NCBI GenBank assembly: GCA_036867785.1
Contig: CP145417.1
Span: 310,001 to 374,000, forward strand
Source of the DNA: Plasmodiophora brassicae
Lineage: Eukaryota
Direction: 5' to 3'
DNA: 64,000 nucleotides
This document shows, in pieces, positions 50,851 through 63,969 of the stretch (position 1 is the first letter of the stretch; each line of letters begins with the position of its first letter). The notes beneath the pieces are model-generated. The model saw only the letters and a list, made by a program, of their open reading frames with translations, did not search any database and was not told the DNA's origin. A program made the position numbers and the translations under genes.

Positions 50851-53149
50851 TTAAGGACGAGGCTTTACATCTACGTAAGCATCCGGGTCTTTGTAACCAA
50901 TCTTCATCGCGTTGATGGTCGACCGAATTTCTGTTTGCACACAATTTACGTTAGGAAATGTGAGGGGCCATAGCCGCAACAGAAACCCACCGCTCACAAC
51001 GTCGAACCTATCCTCCATGATGATTGCCTTCTGCTGCCAATTTAGACGGTGACGTAGAATAGCTGTAAATTCAACCGAGTTAGATCGGCTCTGCATGACG
51101 TATCGGGAATACGTACCCGTGACTGTCAACGACGTCTGATCGAGGAGATCCATTACTCTGAAGTCCACAGGAAGTCTCCACTGCCAACGCCGTTCAGCGA
51201 GACGTACTCGTTGGACCTTTCGACAAGGCCTTACCGTATCGGGGTTCCTAGTAACAAATGCCTCGATCGCCCGTTTCACTGCAAGCAGATCTTCCTTTGA
51301 GCATCCGTAGGAGACTTGGAATTTAACTGTATCGCCCGTCGAATGGTCAAACATGCCACTGGATTAACGGAAGACGGTGTACTTACTGATGACTGTGGCA
51401 GCGTTCGTCTTGCGCAAGTTGTAAATGGGCGTCTGGGCGAGTGTCCAGTTGGGGACAATCAAAACACGGTTGTCACCAGAGCGAAGTTCAGTGCTCATCA
51501 GCCGGATCGCAACGACGACGAAGTCCTGCTGATCCATCTGAACAACCCAAAACGATCAGCGCATAGAATAGACAAATGAACGCTCACACCGCGTAATACC
51601 TGAATAGAGTCCCCAACTTCGATCGCCTTGGTCGCAAATACCCAAACCATTGACTCGAACAGGCGTGTCAGGGTTCCGGAGAGAGCAAACGTCACCGACG
51701 CGAGGGCCGTTGCAAACGTGACGACCATGGCGCTGAAATTGAATCCAAGAACGATCGAGATGTAACATCCAACGGCCATGAAGAATACTGAAAACCCGTT
51801 AGAAGGCAAGGGTTAGTTCTAGGGACGGGTTCCAGAACCTGTGTCAAAGGCGACGCAGATGACGCCCAATAGACTGTCGAGATTCAGCATTCTGTTGCCC
51901 AGCTGTATACGACGATCGAGAGACTATACGGGGAATCAGTGGAAATGGCGAACACTCGCAAGAGCACTATGACCTGAATGAACGCCCACACAAATGTCTC
52001 GCTCTGCAAATTGGACGATTCCGGCAGATCCTTGAACAGCAATGTCCATGCACGATGCGCGGATGTCTGTGAAGAGAACCACTTCTTCCATTGTTCAAAG
52101 TTAATCTCGGTCGCCCCGCCGAACACCCTCTTCAACTGTGAGTGCGCCTGTACCCACCGTGAGCCGCCGTTGAAGCTCAATCTGTACAGCCGTCGACAAT
52201 ACAATAGCCCTCATTTGAAGAGAATTGGCGATGCGGCACGACGCACTCTCATCGAACACCCAATCCCCATCAACGTTCTTCAGCGGAAGAACGAGGGAAC
52301 GATTACGCGCAGCCGCTAACTGCGCGCTGAAGGATTTCCTCTCTGCAGCCTGCTCTTTCCAGCGTCGCAGCATCCCTGCTCGTGACCGACTATCGGGACA
52401 ACACACCATGGACATCGCATCCTGAAGAGCGCCCATGTTGCGCAAATCAGTGGCAAGAGCATGCACAGCAGCGAACTGCACCGATATTCAGCGAATGTAT
52501 ACGCAGGTGGCATTTCTCGTCAAACCTTCTTCACGATTCCGTAGAGCAGCTGTTTCAGGACAACGCCGACCGACACGACGAATGACGCCTTGGCGATTTG
52601 CACGGCGACGACAGCGTAGTCTTCCATCCCGAGAAGGTACATCCATTTCCACAGCATGAACCGGTACATAATTCCAAAGAAGAACACAAACCGCAAGCGA
52701 GACCGTAGGGCGTCGGCCGCGTCCTGGCTCGAATAGTCGGCAATCCTGACCAGGAGCGCTTCAGTTGCAGTTGACGCGAACATCATCACCACTAGGAGCC
52801 CGGGTCTGCATTACACGTTAGACAGCATGCCAGCACTGCGAGCGCCAGCATCCCCAACCGACATGGCAATAATGGTCTCGACCTCCGTACGCTCCTGGCT
52901 GTTATGATTCACAGCGAACAGTATAGCAGAGGCCGCAAAGGACACAACGACGATCGTGACGCGGATGATGTTTCGTCGAATCCAGAACCGCACCGGTTGC
53001 GTTCGCTCCCGTTCGAGCTCGGCGGCGTCCTCGTCAAATTCGTCATCGATCGTCACGATCGTGTCGAGGTCCGTCGTCAGGCGGTGATTCTGCGGCGGCT
53101 CTCGCAGCAGCATGTACTCCAGCGCCTTGCTCGACGATGTCATACTCAT
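50851..53149 (-). CDS. MscS-like mechanosensitive ion channel (eukaryotic type)
   Basis: Several N-terminal TM helices, ALASVTFALSGTLTRLFESMVWVFATKAIEVGD, FVVVAIRLMST, IYNLRK and HRLNWQ. Confidence 0.85.
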
Positions 53150-53379
53150 CTTGACGCGCTGCCCACCCGTCCCCCTCCAAAATCGCAAATGGCAGCACAG
53201 AGTGACCAATCATCAACCAGTGAGACGCACAGCCCAGGTCTGACTGGTGGAGGCGCCCCACTCGGCCCGACAGGCGACAGCTTCCAGTCGGGATCCAAAA
53301 ATAAACGCCTCCGACGCTACGCGCGCCACATTGCCTCACTCTCGGCCACCTCATTTCTTTGCCGGTTTAGGGCACATGC

Positions 53380-56190
53380 ATGGCCGATGCTGGTCAGGAG
53401 GCGGTAGAGTGGCAGGCCGATGACGATGTGGGCGCCTGCACGCGATGCGGCGCGGCGTTCACCTGGGTACGGCGGCGCCATCACTGTCGCCGGTGCGGCC
53501 GGATATTCTGCAACCCGTGCTCGTCCCGTCGCGTGTTACGCCTGCGCTCGTGCGACGCATGCTTCTGCGTTTCCCTATATCGAGACGACCGTCCTCTTGA
53601 CGACAATTCATTACCAAAGGTATGTTACGTCCGTAATGCTGATATCTGCCACGTGCTGACGACGGCCGAAAGGTGGAAGACCAGTGCCTTCGAACGCCTC
53701 CTTCGAGCACTGTCGACCTATCCGTTGTCGACGCTTTGCTACTCGCCATCATCGACAATAAGACGTCGTTGAGAAAGAAGGAACGCCCCCGTCGGCGTGC
53801 TCTTGTTATGCCGCCCCGAGGCGATAGCGATTTGATCGCGTCTGATCAAATTCGGCGCCTGATCGCTCATGATATTGCTTGTAGCGCCCCGGCGTCGTCG
53901 CTGGACGCCCGTATCTCTGTCTCCATTGCTTCATCTGCTCTCGAATGTGTTGCGACGGTTGATGCTCCCAAGCGCATCAATGTTATCGTTGATGTTTCTT
54001 TGCCGCGTGGCACCATATTTCCCGGTCTCATTCTTCGTCGCAGACTTGCCCACCGTCGAATGCGTACGCGGGTCGAATCGCCTCGAGTGATCGTTCTGCT
54101 GACCTCCTTGGACGAATCACTCGTGGCGGACGCGGCAAAGCGCCCGTATTCGTTCCGGCACCTCATGCGAGAGGGAACGAGTTGGTGCCAAGCTGTTGCT
54201 GCTTCTATCATCGCTATCGGCGTCGACGTTATTCTGTGCGCACACGATGTCGTTATACCGCGCGACGTGGTCCTTCTATTGCTCGACAGTGGAATTACTG
54301 TTGTTCGTCACCTTGACGAACGCGATATTGCCCATTCGGTTCAATTCCTTGGAATACCTGGAGTCACGAGGCGCCTTATGTGCGAGATTGTATCGGGTAA
54401 CCTTGGAGGTGTTGTTCGAGCATCAGTGGCCGAGCTATTTCTTGCCGACGTCAACTGTGGCCTTGTGAAATTGCTCGATAACAGGAATTCGTTCAAAACC
54501 ATTGCTCTTTCCTCTGAAGATGCCGCGTACACCCTACGGTATTGCGTCTACGCCTGCCATCGAGGTGCCTTAGAAATTTCCTTCTTGGACGACACGTTCA
54601 CGACCTTTTCTTGCCTAAAGTTTGTGGTGCCTCCTGCCGCCACCGGTCTGTCACGAACCTATTCTCATGACGACCTGAGTCGGCCCTTAGGCTCGGCTGT
54701 CTCCATTCCTGCCTCGTCTTCACCAGGCATGGCCCCCCTTTGTCGGTTCCGAGATATCTGACTGTGCCAGAATTTTCAAACGCACTCCCGTTACGGTTTA
54801 CGGCGACAACGATTGCACACTGGGCCGCTACCTGAACGACGTCTGCTTTTCGAATGGCGTCGACGGCGAAGTGTCTCGATTCCTATGTGGGTCCCGCCAG
54901 GTTGTGGTGGACAGGTTGCAACTACCTTGTGGACTGAGTGTCCCCGACGATCCTTCCGTCACATGGGTCTGGTCGTGTTGCTCCCATCGGCACTGCTCTC
55001 AGCGTTGCAGTCCCGTGAAACGCCTTTCACAATTGTCACAGCAGCTGTCATTCGCATGGCTTCTGCAGACGCTTCTGTCTGAAGGGCCATGCGGGCGCGA
55101 ACGCGTGTCTCGTGGAGCATGCTCCCACGATGCAACACAATACCACGTGCTCCACTTTGCACGAGGTACCTTCGTAGTGTCGTTAGCTACGTCGGATCTC
55201 AAATGTCGGGTCGTCACACTATCGATGTCCTTGGAGCGCTTTAGCCAGTGTTCCGTATCGCCGAGTGAATCCGACGACCGTGAGGACCCCTGTCCGTTGG
55301 AGTATCCACTTTCCGCAGTTATGTGTCTTCTGAGCTCGCCTGCCTACCACATTGTTGACCGCTGTGGCGTCGCCAGAGTGCGCCTGTCGTCAGGTCTCGA
55401 GTGTCGTGCTTACCATGTCCATTTCATGGAAGAACGATGTCGGATGTTTGGCATTGATATCGTGGCCTGTCTTGAGAGAGCGCGTCTTTGGCTGCCGGAG
55501 AGCCGGCCCCACAAGGGCGTCTTCTATAGGAGTGATGACAATCGGCTAGTCACGAAGGTGGTCACAGAACGTGAGTTCAGTTGCATGCTCGATCTCATTC
55601 CGGTGATTGGCGCCCGTGGAACAAGCACACTGCTTCTTCCTCTGCTCGGCATGTTCGCCGTGGAGGACACTGGATTGATTAACCAGGCGCTGCATCTGGT
55701 GGTCATGCCCAACTTGGCGTACGGCATGTCAGGACCGAGGCTGCTCGACTTGAAAGGCACTGATTCCACTGCCGTGATGCCTGCCGTTCCCGTGGCCGGC
55801 GAGAACGCCGAACAACTACATGGGTTGCTGGCCGCTGATTGCGAGTTTCTCTGTGGGCAGGAGATTATGGACTACTCCCTGCTTGTCGCGATCGACGACA
55901 GGTCCGCAGAGATTCGCGTCGCTCTAATCGACTACTTCACTCGGTATACACTGGAACGCAGGCTTGAGAGCCAAGTGAAGACGTTCGGGCGACTTCTTCG
56001 TACCGTCCCGACCGCGCCGACCATCATCGAACCCGTTCGCTACAAGCGGCGCTTCCTAGATTTCATTAAGGAGAAGTTCGTCGTTGTTGCTCAGCCGTCT
56101 CCTTCATCTCTGCGAGCATACCGATCACGAACGCAATCGTGCCGGCCTCGGAGCGCGTCACCATGTGTTCGAGCCAAGCGTATGAGGTGA
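53380..56190 (+). CDS. FAB1: FAB1/PIKfyve-like PI3P 5-kinase (FYVE, CCT-like and PIPK domains), compact
   Basis: FYVE WQADD..C..C..F...RRRHHCRRCGRIFC; CCT-like IIAIGVDVIL; kinase DDNRLVTK, DLKGT, IMDYSLLV, IDYFTRYT..RRLES.VK and PTIIEP..YKRRF. Confidence 0.88.
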
Positions 56191-56409
56191 TTGCGGCTTG
56201 TGTGGCGGCGGGCCTGCATGCTCTATGTCCGGAGCTCGGAATACTCGACAACGTTACGGTTTGAGACGAGCAACTCTGGTGGTGTTATAATATATTAGAG
56301 AACGCGGACCCCAAAGCGAAACAAATGCCAGCGCATTGCTTGACAATGTCGTCCACTAGGAGTTTGGAATGTCACCTGGGCAGAGCTGGTACGCCTCACG
56401 GAAATTCCT

Positions 56410-58038
56410 CTAGTTTCGTCCATTGGGGCTGGGCCTGTTAGATGAATCACCTTGCGGGACGACAAGGGCGTAAACAGGATGGTGGCATCGGAAGACGCGT
56501 GTTCCGTCAACGGTTCGAACAACGATGCTGGGGATTTCGACCAGACCTTCACGAAGCGCGAGGAAATGCAAACACACAGTACGAGATCCACCCGGAGGGA
56601 TAGTACCGAGCCGTGCAGACTTGTCCAAGTTCAGGATCGGTCTGAGACTATCGTCCCCAGTGACGTTCCGATCCGATTCACTGACGACTTCAAGATCACC
56701 GGTCACGCTGCCGACGTTGACGACCGTGATGGATACAGAGAATGTGTCAAAGTTGGGGATAGGTGACGGGCAATCAATGACAAGACGCAGTGGAGTGTCC
56801 AAAGGTGCTGGAGACAGCATTTCGCATTGAAATACAAGCGGCTGTGCAAGGACGGCTGTCGTCATCGTCAGTGTTAACAATGGCGTCTCTTGAGCACTCG
56901 TGGTCAGCATAAACGAATGCGTTTCATGGGTGCCAACGGTGAGGGGAAGGCGCTCCTGCTCGATCAGAATGCTGCTACCTGGTTCTGCAAACAGCAAATC
57001 GACGCGGGTCACGATGATCGATTCCCCTGGCATCCGGTTCCGTATGCGGACAGACCAGTACACGTCTTCGCCGACGAATGTTCTGTGCCAGCCAACCTGT
57101 AGGGGCTCCAGCACCTGGACGTTCAGGGATGCCCACAGCCTTTCGCAGGTTAGGCCTATGGAACAGTTACTGACCGGTGCCCGCAGAGTGCAACCCCAAT
57201 TACCTTCTAGATGGCGTTCATGTCTGGAAAACGCCTCCATCGCCTTGTAGGCAGGCGAAGGATCGCGAAGCGCTGCCGAATCGTTCAGGTCGACCTCCAA
57301 TAGGTAATCCAACGGTGACGGCTCGGCAACGCGAATATAGACGTCCAGGCGACGACTGCTCGTCTCGCCCACTGTCACGTCCACTCGAGCGCAAACGGAT
57401 CCATCAGGTAATACCATGGGCACTGGCGTGTCGATTCTCTTTGGTGGTTCGTCCAGAGCGCTGTAGTACCGTCCGACAATAGGCGAAGGCGTCGCTGAAC
57501 TATCCGGGACAATGTCGAAGGCAAGACGGGGCACAGTCGAGCTCGACCATCCACGTTCCTGGATCAGGTCCTTCGACAGCCGAACGAATACGGCCACGAC
57601 CTCGCCGTGGACGAGATACGAGCGGGAGCGCGCCGGGTCGTCGAGCATTTCAAGCACCGACTCGGGGGAGATGCCTGCAGACCGGCAGTCAGACGAATGG
57701 AAACAAGGTAGTACGCAAGGTACGAACTCGAGGGAGCCGGGTTCAACGGAATGACGACAGATATTCTCGCATCGGCAACGTCCATGACGAGTGTCTCCTG
57801 ATAGTTCGTCGCTGTTCCGGCCAGATATCAGCATTCAGTCCCTGTACAGGTAGCCAACGACCTCACGTGGGAGTGGTGGGATCGCAATGGATTGGCGTTC
57901 GTTGCGGGACTTCCCTACAGCAGGTCGGGTTGTCGCGCGCGGGCCCACATCACCGCCGTCGTTCAACGACTTGTGACGCTGCCGTCCCGTCATCATCGAC
58001 GTACTGCCACCAGCGCGTCCCTGCGGGGAGACATCCAC
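56410..58038 (-). CDS. TRAPP-complex Ig-like subunit (Trs65/TRAPPC13/TRAPPC14-like)
   Basis: 474-aa beta-rich ORF with C-terminal FSVSITVVN and RLGTIPPGGSRTVCLHFLALREGLVEIPSIVV. Upstream exon at 57835-58038. Confidence 0.6.
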
Positions 58039-58279
58039 AGCCGGTCGAGCACGACGACCAACGTCGGCCGATCAGCGTCGCGGCCGCGATACTTGATATA
58101 AAGCGGCTACCGGCTGCCACCGTGGCAACAACGACGGACGCGGTGTCAAAATTGTGACGGCCGCGAAATGACCCAAACGTCCTGTTGCACCGATCGGCTG
58201 CCGGTTGCTATTTATTGACCATCAACGAACTGCGGGCGGTTGCAGCTGTTGCACTGCAGCTGCCCGTGAGGAGTTCGCC

Positions 58280-59703
58280 ATGGGGTTATCCGTGTCGCGC
58301 CGCGGGTCAGCTGCTGCGTCACGGTCGGGCACGTCGCGATCCGGCGCGCGAAGGGCAATGCTGGATTTCCGCGGGCGGAAGGATGCCGGCATGGATGAGG
58401 TGCTGGACGCGGTCGACGATTCGGCGCCGGGCGTGACTGTGCTTCTCGGTTGGTGCCCGCGCCACCCGAGGATGTGGGTTGCGATTGATATCCGCGATAG
58501 GTGATATGGGCCTGACGTCGGAATCGATACGGGAACTGTGTGAGTTCATGAGGCGACGGCCGGACGCCATTTCGAGGCTGTCGCTGCACAGCAACGTTCT
58601 TCATGCAGCGGACGTTATCCGGTTATCCCATCATCTCCGGGGGCTTGTGTCACTTGACCTGGACCGTGTACCAATGCGCATCCCGTCGTCGATGCTACAT
58701 GTATTCTAACGTTCGTGCTCAGGTGTCACTCGGGGAAACGGGGCTCTCCGCGCTGGGTCGTGCCCTGCGTCAGGCAGCGAACCTGCGCAAGCTCACTCTA
58801 AACGACAATCGCGACTATCTCTCCAGGGCTACTTTCTGCACCTTCATTGATGGCGTTCGGCTGTCCGGCGTACGTTGGCAAATCCGTGTGTTGAGGCCCA
58901 TTACGATGGCTTCTGATTGTATTACAGTTGACCTGTCTCGAGCTAAACGATAACTTGATACCTGACGAGGAGATGTGCGAGATCGCACGACGTCTTAATG
59001 GCGCCTGCCTCGAAATGCTATCGTTGAGCGGCAACCGAATTAAAGCGAGCGGCACCCGCGCGCTTGCTCAGACGTTGTCGTCGGCGAGCTCCCGCATCCA
59101 ATTCCTGGATCTGTCCAGGAATAGGATAACAGCAGATGGCGCTGCGGCCCTAGCCAGCATGCTGGTGCAGAATTGCGTCCTCACTGAACTCGACGTCAAT
59201 GCGAACCCCATAACGGATGTCGGATTGGAACGCGTAAGCCGGGGGGTTTTCCGTATCGCTGCACCTGGAGTGACTCTCTCAATTGGTACCAGATCAGTGA
59301 AGCTCTCGAGGCGAACAGCACCTTGACCATGCTGCGGCTGCCATTTGCTGAGGCTGGCAGTGCATCCGACACGTTATTCAAGCGCATACGGCATCTCCTC
59401 GACAGGTACGTGCTGCTCAGGCTGGGTTTGCAGTCAACCTGAATAGGGAGTTGCTACGAGATCTGGCACGCCTCTTACTCATCCGACATATATCGGCTGG
59501 GCAGATGCCTTTCGCCAAGGAGTTTACCAGACCCGTAGCAACAGCCCTGTTCATGGGGGCTGACGACCCCCTCCTGCTGCGTTACCTCTATCTCTGACTC
59601 CATGCCCGTTAGGAATCGCCAATTGGAACAAGCGCGTCAGATGCCAGGTCCCCGCCCCGCTGTTCCGGATCATTATCCGGACGACTCTGTTGCTGCAGGA
59701 TAG
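58280..59703 (+). CDS. Leucine-rich repeat protein (RNI-like), possibly N-myristoylated
   Basis: MGLSVS start; LRRs LRKLTLNDN, LEMLSLSGNRI, IQFLDLSRNRITADGA, LTELDVNANPITDVG and ALEANSTL. The last exon is uncertain (stop at 59703 or about 59597). Confidence 0.85.
59418..59576 (+). ncRNA. Candidate structured RNA: long stem-loop in the probable last intron of the LRR gene
   Basis: UGAAUAGGG/CCCUGUUCA, GUUGCUACG/CGUAGCAAC, UCUGG/CCAGA, CAGUC/GGCUG, GGGUU/GACCC and CAGG/CCUG pair in nested order. Function unknown. Confidence 0.45.
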
Positions 59704-59827
59704 GAGGTCGCACTGGCTGACCTGACGACCTTGCAATACACCTACTGTAACGTATGCTGGCAACTCAAGAGCCACTAACCGTATCCGGCTCCCAAACCGT
59801 GTTATGAGCAACCAAACCGCAGGCATT

Positions 59828-60553
59828 CTATCGTCTGTCCTTGTCAAGAGCCCGGCAATCAAAGGTCGAATCTGGTGTCTGCAGGCTGCTGATTCGGACC
59901 AGGCGATGCTGTTCTCTTCGGGTAGATGTACTGGCATAGCCATGCCGAATCGTTTGGCGGTAAAAGCATAGCATCCAGTCAGTCGCCGGGCTGACTGGGG
60001 ACAATTCTCGGCCTCGGAGCGCTTCATCAATCTGCACAGCCCAAATTGCGCACCTGTCGCTGAGAACGAACTCAATGAAGGCCAGCTATCGTACATGTGA
60101 CGTGACGAAACCGACATCGCCATGAGGGCACACAGCAGGAAAGGGCGCCTCAGCGACCCGCCGGGATACCAGTTCTACAGAAAAATCGCTGCCGATGAAC
60201 TGGGCCTTCCAGTATACCACTGTTCGCGGGGGACGAACTCCAGAAGGCGGTTACCATCGTGATCGGTATCGCTCCATGGACTCAATCGGCGCTTCACTGG
60301 AACTGACTGAGGCGCGGTCATTACCTACATGGTTCACTCGCCTCCAGCCGCCGAGGGTCCTGACTCCAGGTGCCCCCTAAATACGTCTGCTCCCAAACCC
60401 GTTAACCTTGCATTGCCCCCATGTTTGTGTACCGGCACTTACTTGGAGTTCGAGAACGTCCGCCTTTACTCCATGTTCGAGATCACGCCAAGCATCCGTG
60501 TTCGAGAACGGTCCAGCGCAGCCGCGTAAGGTAACCTGTGGGCGCGCTGCATC
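59828..60553 (-). CDS. Possible hypothetical multi-exon gene
   Basis: Protein-like segments TDAWRDLEHGVKADVLELQ (followed by a GTAAGT donor), VVYWKAQFIGSDFSVEL and LAFIEFVLSDRCAIWAVQIDEAL. No family recognised. Confidence 0.35.
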
Positions 60554-60571
60554 GTCAGACACGTTCCTGTA

Positions 60572-62656
60572 ATGCAGTTGCAACAGCCACTCCTCAACAC
60601 CCGCGATAACGCAACGAGTACGGTCACGATCGACAACGATGTCGTCGGTGACGAGCCCGACGTCAGTGACGACAGCGGGGATATCGAGCGCATGCTCTTG
60701 TCGGATGTCCCTCGTGAGATCCCGAAGACTGACACGGACTACGATGCCCGAACGGACGAAGCCGCTCGCGACCCATCATTCATTGTTCGCACGCTGAAAC
60801 GCCCACTGACGATCCTGCTGATAACGTTCTTGTTGCTGGCGACCGTTTTGGTTTTCGCTGCGCCAGCGTTCTCGTTCTGGAGCAACCCCGCTTGGGTTTG
60901 GGCGTTACTGGCAGCAGGGCATGTCGTTCTGGCCATGCTCTGCATGCTCATCGAATACGGAGTCGTCTTCGGTCTCAACCGTTTGGGATACCACGCCGGC
61001 GCCCCGTTCAAGTCGCTCCTTGGCACAGCCATCTTTGGTATGGAACGCTGCCCATGACCCATTCGGCGGCATATTCAGTCAGTGTCCTAGTTCTCGTCAT
61101 TCAGCTGGCCTGGAAACTGGCCCTCATGGTGTCCACAACCAAGGTCGGCGCCCTGGTCGACACAACGCTCCTCTGCATTCAGATCGTGGTGACGACCTTG
61201 ATGGTGCGTCGCGCCCTTCATCAGTCCATCGTCTACGGCTGGCGGAAGCAGCGGTTCTCTGAACAAGCTTTAGCGATAGTTTCCCTCGGTCGCGTCCTCC
61301 AGCGAATGTGCTGCTCAGACGACAAAGACATTGATGTGGTGCGCAGCCAGTTGCCTCCTGTGGCGACCTTTGTCCAGCAATGGCAAAGTCTTCTTCGGCC
61401 GCTCACTCTGCCAATGCGTTACGTTCGCAGCAGCGATTCGAAGACGGCCGTATTCGATCTGAACAGCGCAGCCGTGTTTACATCCCCGACTGACCAGCCT
61501 GAACTGGCCCGCGCCCTGTTTGATAACTTCGTACGCTCCACTGCCGTTGCGGCACCCCAGACTCCAAAGGGCGTTGCTGGCATCGCAGGATGGCAACGAC
61601 TCTTCCGGGACAGGTATCGTGACGGGATCTGATCTGTCGGGGTAATTAATGACGGTCGCTCAGGAAACTGGCTCTGTCAGCGTTCGATGCCATGTTTGCC
61701 AAATACGTCCAGTTCGACAGGCGTCGCCCAATCACGTTCAGGCTATTTCGCGACGCGCTTGACAACTATATGCTTCGCCGGGACCAGCTTGTATCCAGTA
61801 TAAGCACGTTCGACGATCTAACCCAGGTTCCGATCGTGCACCCTTGGTTCTGTATCCGACTGATGGTCGCAGGTCATTGACGGTGTCGCGTCGTTCGCGT
61901 TCTGGCTGATAATGCTCTACATTGTCGTCACGCTGTACGGCGGCAGTGGCGGCGAGCTCCTGACGAGTCTGTCAGCGTTCCTGATTTCATTCGCGTTCGC
62001 GTTCGGGACCCCAATATCGCAAACGGTCGTATCGATCATGTATATCTTCATTCAGAAGGTACTTCCACGCCGTTTTCCAGAGCCAGTGACATGCGACGAC
62101 TAATTGGATGCCAGCCGTTTGACGTTGGCGATCGTCTGCGGATCGACAAAGACGAATTCATCGTCCAGAAAATGAACCTGTTGACCACCACGCTGAGGAG
62201 CGATGATAACAGTCTCCGGGTTGTGGTCAACCAGCAGCTTGCCAACAGCCCGCTCACGAACCTGAGTCGAACGTCCTCAGCCATCGTCATCGTGAGCGTC
62301 CAGGTAGGCACTCTGCAGGTCGGCTGTGGTGTGCTCTTGTGAATGATTTCGGGGTCCAGGTGCCCATTGAAATGTCGGCAGCGGCGATGAGGGACTTCCG
62401 TACCCAGCTCTCCAACTTCCTCAGCATGAACGAAGACCAGTGGTTCCCAGTGCTGCATATCTTTGTCGTCGACTGCACTGGCGACAAAGGGCCCCTGTCC
62501 CTGACAGTGCGCGCTCAGCTTCGCCTCGGTTGGGACGACGCCCAGCAGGCCTTGCTTTGCCGATCGCGATTCGTCGATAGCATTCGGCGCGCTTTGCTGG
62601 CTAACACTGGCTCCAAAGTTGTTATCAATCCAGAGGACGAGGAGAAGGACGCTTGA
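60572..62656 (+). CDS. MscS-like mechanosensitive ion channel (eukaryotic type)
   Basis: TM helices, FLISFAFAFGTPISQTVVSIMYIFIQK, PFDVGDRLRID, IVQKMNLLTT and PLTNLSRT. Confidence 0.92.
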
Positions 62657-62769
62657 GGAAGCGTCGCATCATCAGCTCGCGATAAACGATGACACACGCG
62701 AACTGACACTGGACAAATATATGACCACGTTGAGCAATTTGATAGGTCCGCTCCCAACCTCATTGCGAA

Positions 62770-63969
62770 CCTAGTATAGTGGTCGTCCAGGTTCCGACAC
62801 ACTACGTTCCCGATCCTCCACCGCTGTAGCGGCTACTTTGTTTATACCAGCAGCACCGTGCCCCAACCCAAATGGTACTGACACACAGTGCTTGGTCACA
62901 AGAATAGCTGATGCTGGATTGCTGGTACCGATAGGGTGTGGCAAGTTGGGGAGGCGATCCTCTGTTGAACGTACCTAGATGAATACAGTGCCCCGAGTGT
63001 GTTGTATTCGAGCGACCCGCTGAAGGCGTGGTCACTGCACCGCAGGACGATGCCCCTAGCCGGCCTCGTCTTCAACGGCAAACGAAACCCTTTCCTAAAC
63101 TTTCGATGCCAGTTCCCGAGCACACAGAACGTGGTCGGCGACATGGATGCGTTGACATAAGATCGAGAAATGCCCCAGGCCCGTTACAAACAGCTGATAT
63201 GGACGTCCGCAACGACAGCCAGGTCGCCAGAGCGTGTTCGAAAGTCGTATGCTTCATCCAGCGTGTCAACAGCGAATAGCTGTTGTGAACTGCAGCGAGC
63301 AGATGACATCTTCTCCAGTGGTCGGCCTCCACATCAGCGCGACATCTCCGTCAAGATGCTGCCGGCGCCCATGGTATGTCCTTTGCGTGCGGCCATCTCT
63401 GTCGCCGCGTTGAAACACGCGTTCATACCAAGCGTTCGACCCAGGTCATTGGCCTGTTTCACTCTCATCGATCACTGCCCTGTTCGTAATATCGCATTCC
63501 GACGCATTACCAGACTGTATTGACTGCGCTGCCATCTGGGCCAGAGGAACAGCTGCTCCTCTGGCTCAGTTGGCAATACATTCTAGGGAAGTCCAACGTG
63601 TCAGCGTGGTCTACCCTTTGGATAGGAGCATACCCGCAGCGGTACGGCGCAATAGGGAACCCGCGATGAGGCCCATGAGCACTCGCCGGCGTGGATCTCA
63701 CAGAAGAACACACTTCAACAGGGTTCCGAACTGGAAACCCTTATGACACCGGCAACGGTATCATCTGGTAATCACTCATCAGTTGGAGAAGCGTGCTCGA
63801 GCCCGAGCAAGCAGGTTTGCGTTTATGAAAACTCAAGAACCTGAACCGTTTGGGCCCATGGAATACTGAAGCCCCAACGCTTCTCTACATGGGGGAGGGG
63901 GACCTCGATGTCCTCCTCTGCGGATTGCCAGTCGCAAAGAGGGGGATGAGGACTGATACTGGGTGCCAT
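62770..63969 (-). CDS. Possible hypothetical multi-exon gene (boundaries uncertain)
   Basis: Short protein-like frames bounded by GT/AG sites: VLMGLIAGSLLRRTAAG, KQANDLGRTLGMNACFNAATEMAARKG and QLFAVDTLDEAYDFRTR. Confidence 0.3.

Noticed and set aside
59470-59570. Hammerhead- or TPP-riboswitch-like words (CTGACGA, CGAAA, CGGATGAG)
   Set aside because: Core nucleotides and stems cannot be arranged into the required topology.
59835-60005. Several short hairpins (e.g. CCAGTCAGTC-GCCG-GGCTGACTGG) suggesting SRP, RNase P/MRP or telomerase RNA
   Set aside because: Diagnostic motifs and a telomere template were not found, and the region overlaps a plausible minus-strand exon. An Rfam search would settle it.
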